DNA of 64,000 nucleotides from contig OZ024741.1 of assembly GCA_964016885.1 (NCBI GenBank), positions 229,090,001-229,154,000 of the forward strand. The letters are read 5' to 3'. Below are positions 61,576-64,000 of this stretch, piece after piece. The DNA comes from Eledone cirrhosa. Taxonomy: Eukaryota. Each line of letters starts with the position of its first letter. Position 1 is the stretch's first letter. The position numbers and the translations under genes were made by a program. The notes beneath the pieces were generated by a model. The model made no database searches and had not been told where the DNA came from. It worked only from the letters and a program-made list of their open reading frames with translations.

Positions 61576-61959
61576 TAAATAGTTTATTATAATGAAAACA
61601 ATACTCATAAAACAGCAAAAGGCGAAACTGAAACACAGTCGATAAAATAAACACAAAGATGGACAAATACCTGACTTGCGACATAAATCAAGCGGTCAAA
61701 AATTCATATTTCGGTGACAATGTCTACCTCAAACACATTGGCCTTGCCTACTATGAAGAAGCAACAACACTTATCATTTCGTCCAGAATACGAGACCCAA
61801 AACGTCTAGCAGAGTTACTGATGCATTTGGGAACTTTACTTTTCCAAACAGACTACAAGGAAATTGTACAAAATGCTAACGAACACATTAGTGGCTCTCC
61901 GTCGGTTACGACGACGAGTATTCCTGTTAATACGATCAACAGAACAGCCCGCTCATGAA

Positions 61960-62125
61960 ATTAACATGCAAATGGCTGAGCATTCCATAAACACGTGTAC
62001 CTTTAATGTAGTTCTCATGGAGATTCAGCGTGTCACAGAATGTAACAAGACTGGCCCTTCAAATTACAAGTACAACTCATTGGACAGAGACAACGTGAAA
62101 TAAAGTGTCTTGCTCAAGGAAACGG
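61960..62125 (-). mobile_element. CORE-domain SINE remnant
   Basis: Minus strand tccttgagcaagacactttatttcacgttg is CORE-like. Confidence 0.55.
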
Positions 62126-62964
62126 ACACAGTAGAGCTAATAGATATGGATATATCTGTCTGCAACCTGGTTACTGTGAAACTGTGTCAGTAACTATCGC
62201 AGTTAGTGCAACGGAAGTGTTGATACCAAAAGATTCACGAGTAGGCTGTTCTGTTCCTTGCAGTCTGTTTGGAAAAGTAAAGTTCCCAAATGCACCGGTA
62301 ACTTTGCTAGACGTTTTGGGTCTCGTATTCTGGGCGAAATGATAAGTGTTATTGACGGACGTGAGAATGAATACTCAATACCAAAGTAGCCTTTAAATAA
62401 TCATTTATAAAGGCTAATTGGTGAGCCTTGTTACTCTGGAGTTTCACCTGCACAGTTGCAGGTTCATCAGCTAAATTTATAGATGTTTGTGTTTTTAAAT
62501 AGTTAAAAGGATTCTTTCACGCAGTAATTGTTGTGTGTGTGTGTGCGCGTGTGTGTATGGACACGCATGTGTGTGTATGCGTGTGTAAATGTGTGTGTGT
62601 GTGAGTGTGTGTGAAAGTGTGTAAGTGTGTGTGTGTGTGTGTTAGTGTGTGTGAATGTAAGTGTGTAAGTGTGTAAGTGTGTAAGTGTGTAAGTGTGTGT
62701 GTGTGTGTATGTGTGTTTTACCGCCTACAATAAGTACCAGAGAAATATATATAATGTAGTCGATATGATTGACTACATTCTTGACAGTCTTTAAGAACTG
62801 AAAAATGATTATATGTGTGTGTGTGTGTATATATATTTGTGTGTATGTATATTTGTGTGTATTTATGTATGCGTGTAATTATATGTAACATCTGCCAAAT
62901 GTAGGCCCTTTGGTCTTATTTTAGTGATTCCACATTGATCTATATTTGCGCAGAAAACATTGGG

Positions 62965-63010
<46 letters not shown>

Positions 63011-63083
63011 CCCCACCACCACCACCACCACTACTACTACTACTACCCCCACCACCACCACCACTACTACTACTACCCCCACC

Positions 63084-63115
<32 letters not shown>

Positions 63116-63116
63116 C

Positions 63117-63148
<32 letters not shown>

Positions 63149-63235
63149 GAGGAGGAGGAGGAGGAGGAGGAGGAGGATGAAGAGGAGGAGGAGGAGGAGG
63201 AGAGGAGGAAGATGAGGAAGAAGAGGAGAAGGAGG
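62965..63235. repeat. Compound (CTA)/(CCA)/(GTA)/(GGA) microsatellite
   Basis: Seen directly. Confidence 0.95.
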
Positions 63236-63591
63236 ACATGCGATAGCGCCAATGATTGTGGTAGTGGTGTTGGTGCTAATAATGGTACTACGTAGGCGGC
63301 AGCAGTGGTTGTCAGTTATAGGTATGCCATCGTCTATGCCAATATAGTTATGTTAACCATTTGTGTTCTTTTCAGTGTCATGATCTTGTGCCATTTCCTT
63401 CGGCTTGCTGTTCTGATGCTATATATCCATATGTCTATGTCAGTTTCTGTTTCCGCCCCCCCCCCCCCCCCCACTCTCTGTATATATGTATATATATATA
63501 TATATATATATAGGTAAGTTATTCCGGGTTGAATCGGAGGTAACCACAGTAAGTAAGGTACTCAATACGTAGCAGAGTTTTAATATAGATG

Positions 63592-63642
63592 AGATTCTAC
63601 AGGACTAGAACGGTTTCATTCTTGAGAAATCATCAGGAATCT
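63592..63642 (-). ncRNA. Type I hammerhead ribozyme in inverted PLE pLTR
   Basis: agattc-CTGATGA-t ttc tcaa gaa t-GAAA-ccgttctagtcctg-TA-gaatct. The paralog at 8445 has cag/ctg in stem III. Confidence 0.7.
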
Positions 63643-63764
63643 GGCAATCCAAGTAAATATGGTGGTATTTATATCATTTCTGGTGGTAGGAGAGGGTGGG
63701 GAGTGGGATGGGTCATTTGTTCAAAGAAAGGGGAATTCATTAAAATCTAATTCTTTAAAGCTAT

Positions 63765-64000
63765 AAATAAGCCAACCACCGCCGAATCCAAACCCCGGAC
63801 TGAGGCCTTGTGCAATTGCCTAAATAAGGAAGCCTAACCACTTGAAAACAAATGCCTGACAAATGATATCGTATACAAATGCGATGTCATCTCAAGTGAT
63901 GATTGCAACAACAAAAAGACTTACATCGGCATGACTTTCAATAACTTTAAGACCCGGTGGAATGCCCATACGACTCCTTCAGTTGACCGGACGAATCAAA
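63765..64000 (+). mobile_element. Penelope-like GIY-YIG fragment (runs off window)
   Basis: CNCLNKEA*PLENKCLTNDIVYKCDV...KTYIGMTFNNFKTRWNAH. Confidence 0.85.

Overview
AT-rich animal DNA, almost entirely transposons and microsatellites. I found no host protein-coding gene I can support. The repeat complement (Nin/Deu-domain tRNA-SINEs, a CORE-SINE remnant, dense TA/CA/TAA/GGT microsatellites) suggests a cephalopod such as Octopus; this is an inference. Contents: (i) several families of Penelope-like elements (PLEs; GIY-YIG and RT remnants) and PLE-associated short repeats, with about ten minimal type-I hammerhead ribozyme motifs; (ii) R4/Dong-clade REL retrotransposons in (TAA)n, including a four-copy tandem array; (iii) Tx1/L1-clade APE retrotransposons ending in (ATT)n, one near full length; (iv) four Helitron copies, one with a near-complete but disabled RepHel gene; (v) Merlin-like and TcMar-like MITEs; (vi) more than 20 SINE copies and several long palindromes. 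Top observation: a ~1.13-kb non-coding element at 24.64-25.77 kb whose two ~340-bp direct repeats each hold all three hammerhead core strands in non-circularly permuted order (GUC-stem I, then GAAA-stem III, then stem I'-CUGACGA). The predicted cleavage sites are 784 nt apart, which fits a candidate retrozyme-like mobile RNA using a rearranged hammerhead. Second observation: the abundant SINE and the Tx1 elements share a 3' stem-loop (loop CUUGU) plus an ATT tail, suggesting a SINE/Tx1 partnership. All structures were read by eye, and element boundaries are approximate unless a junction is quoted.
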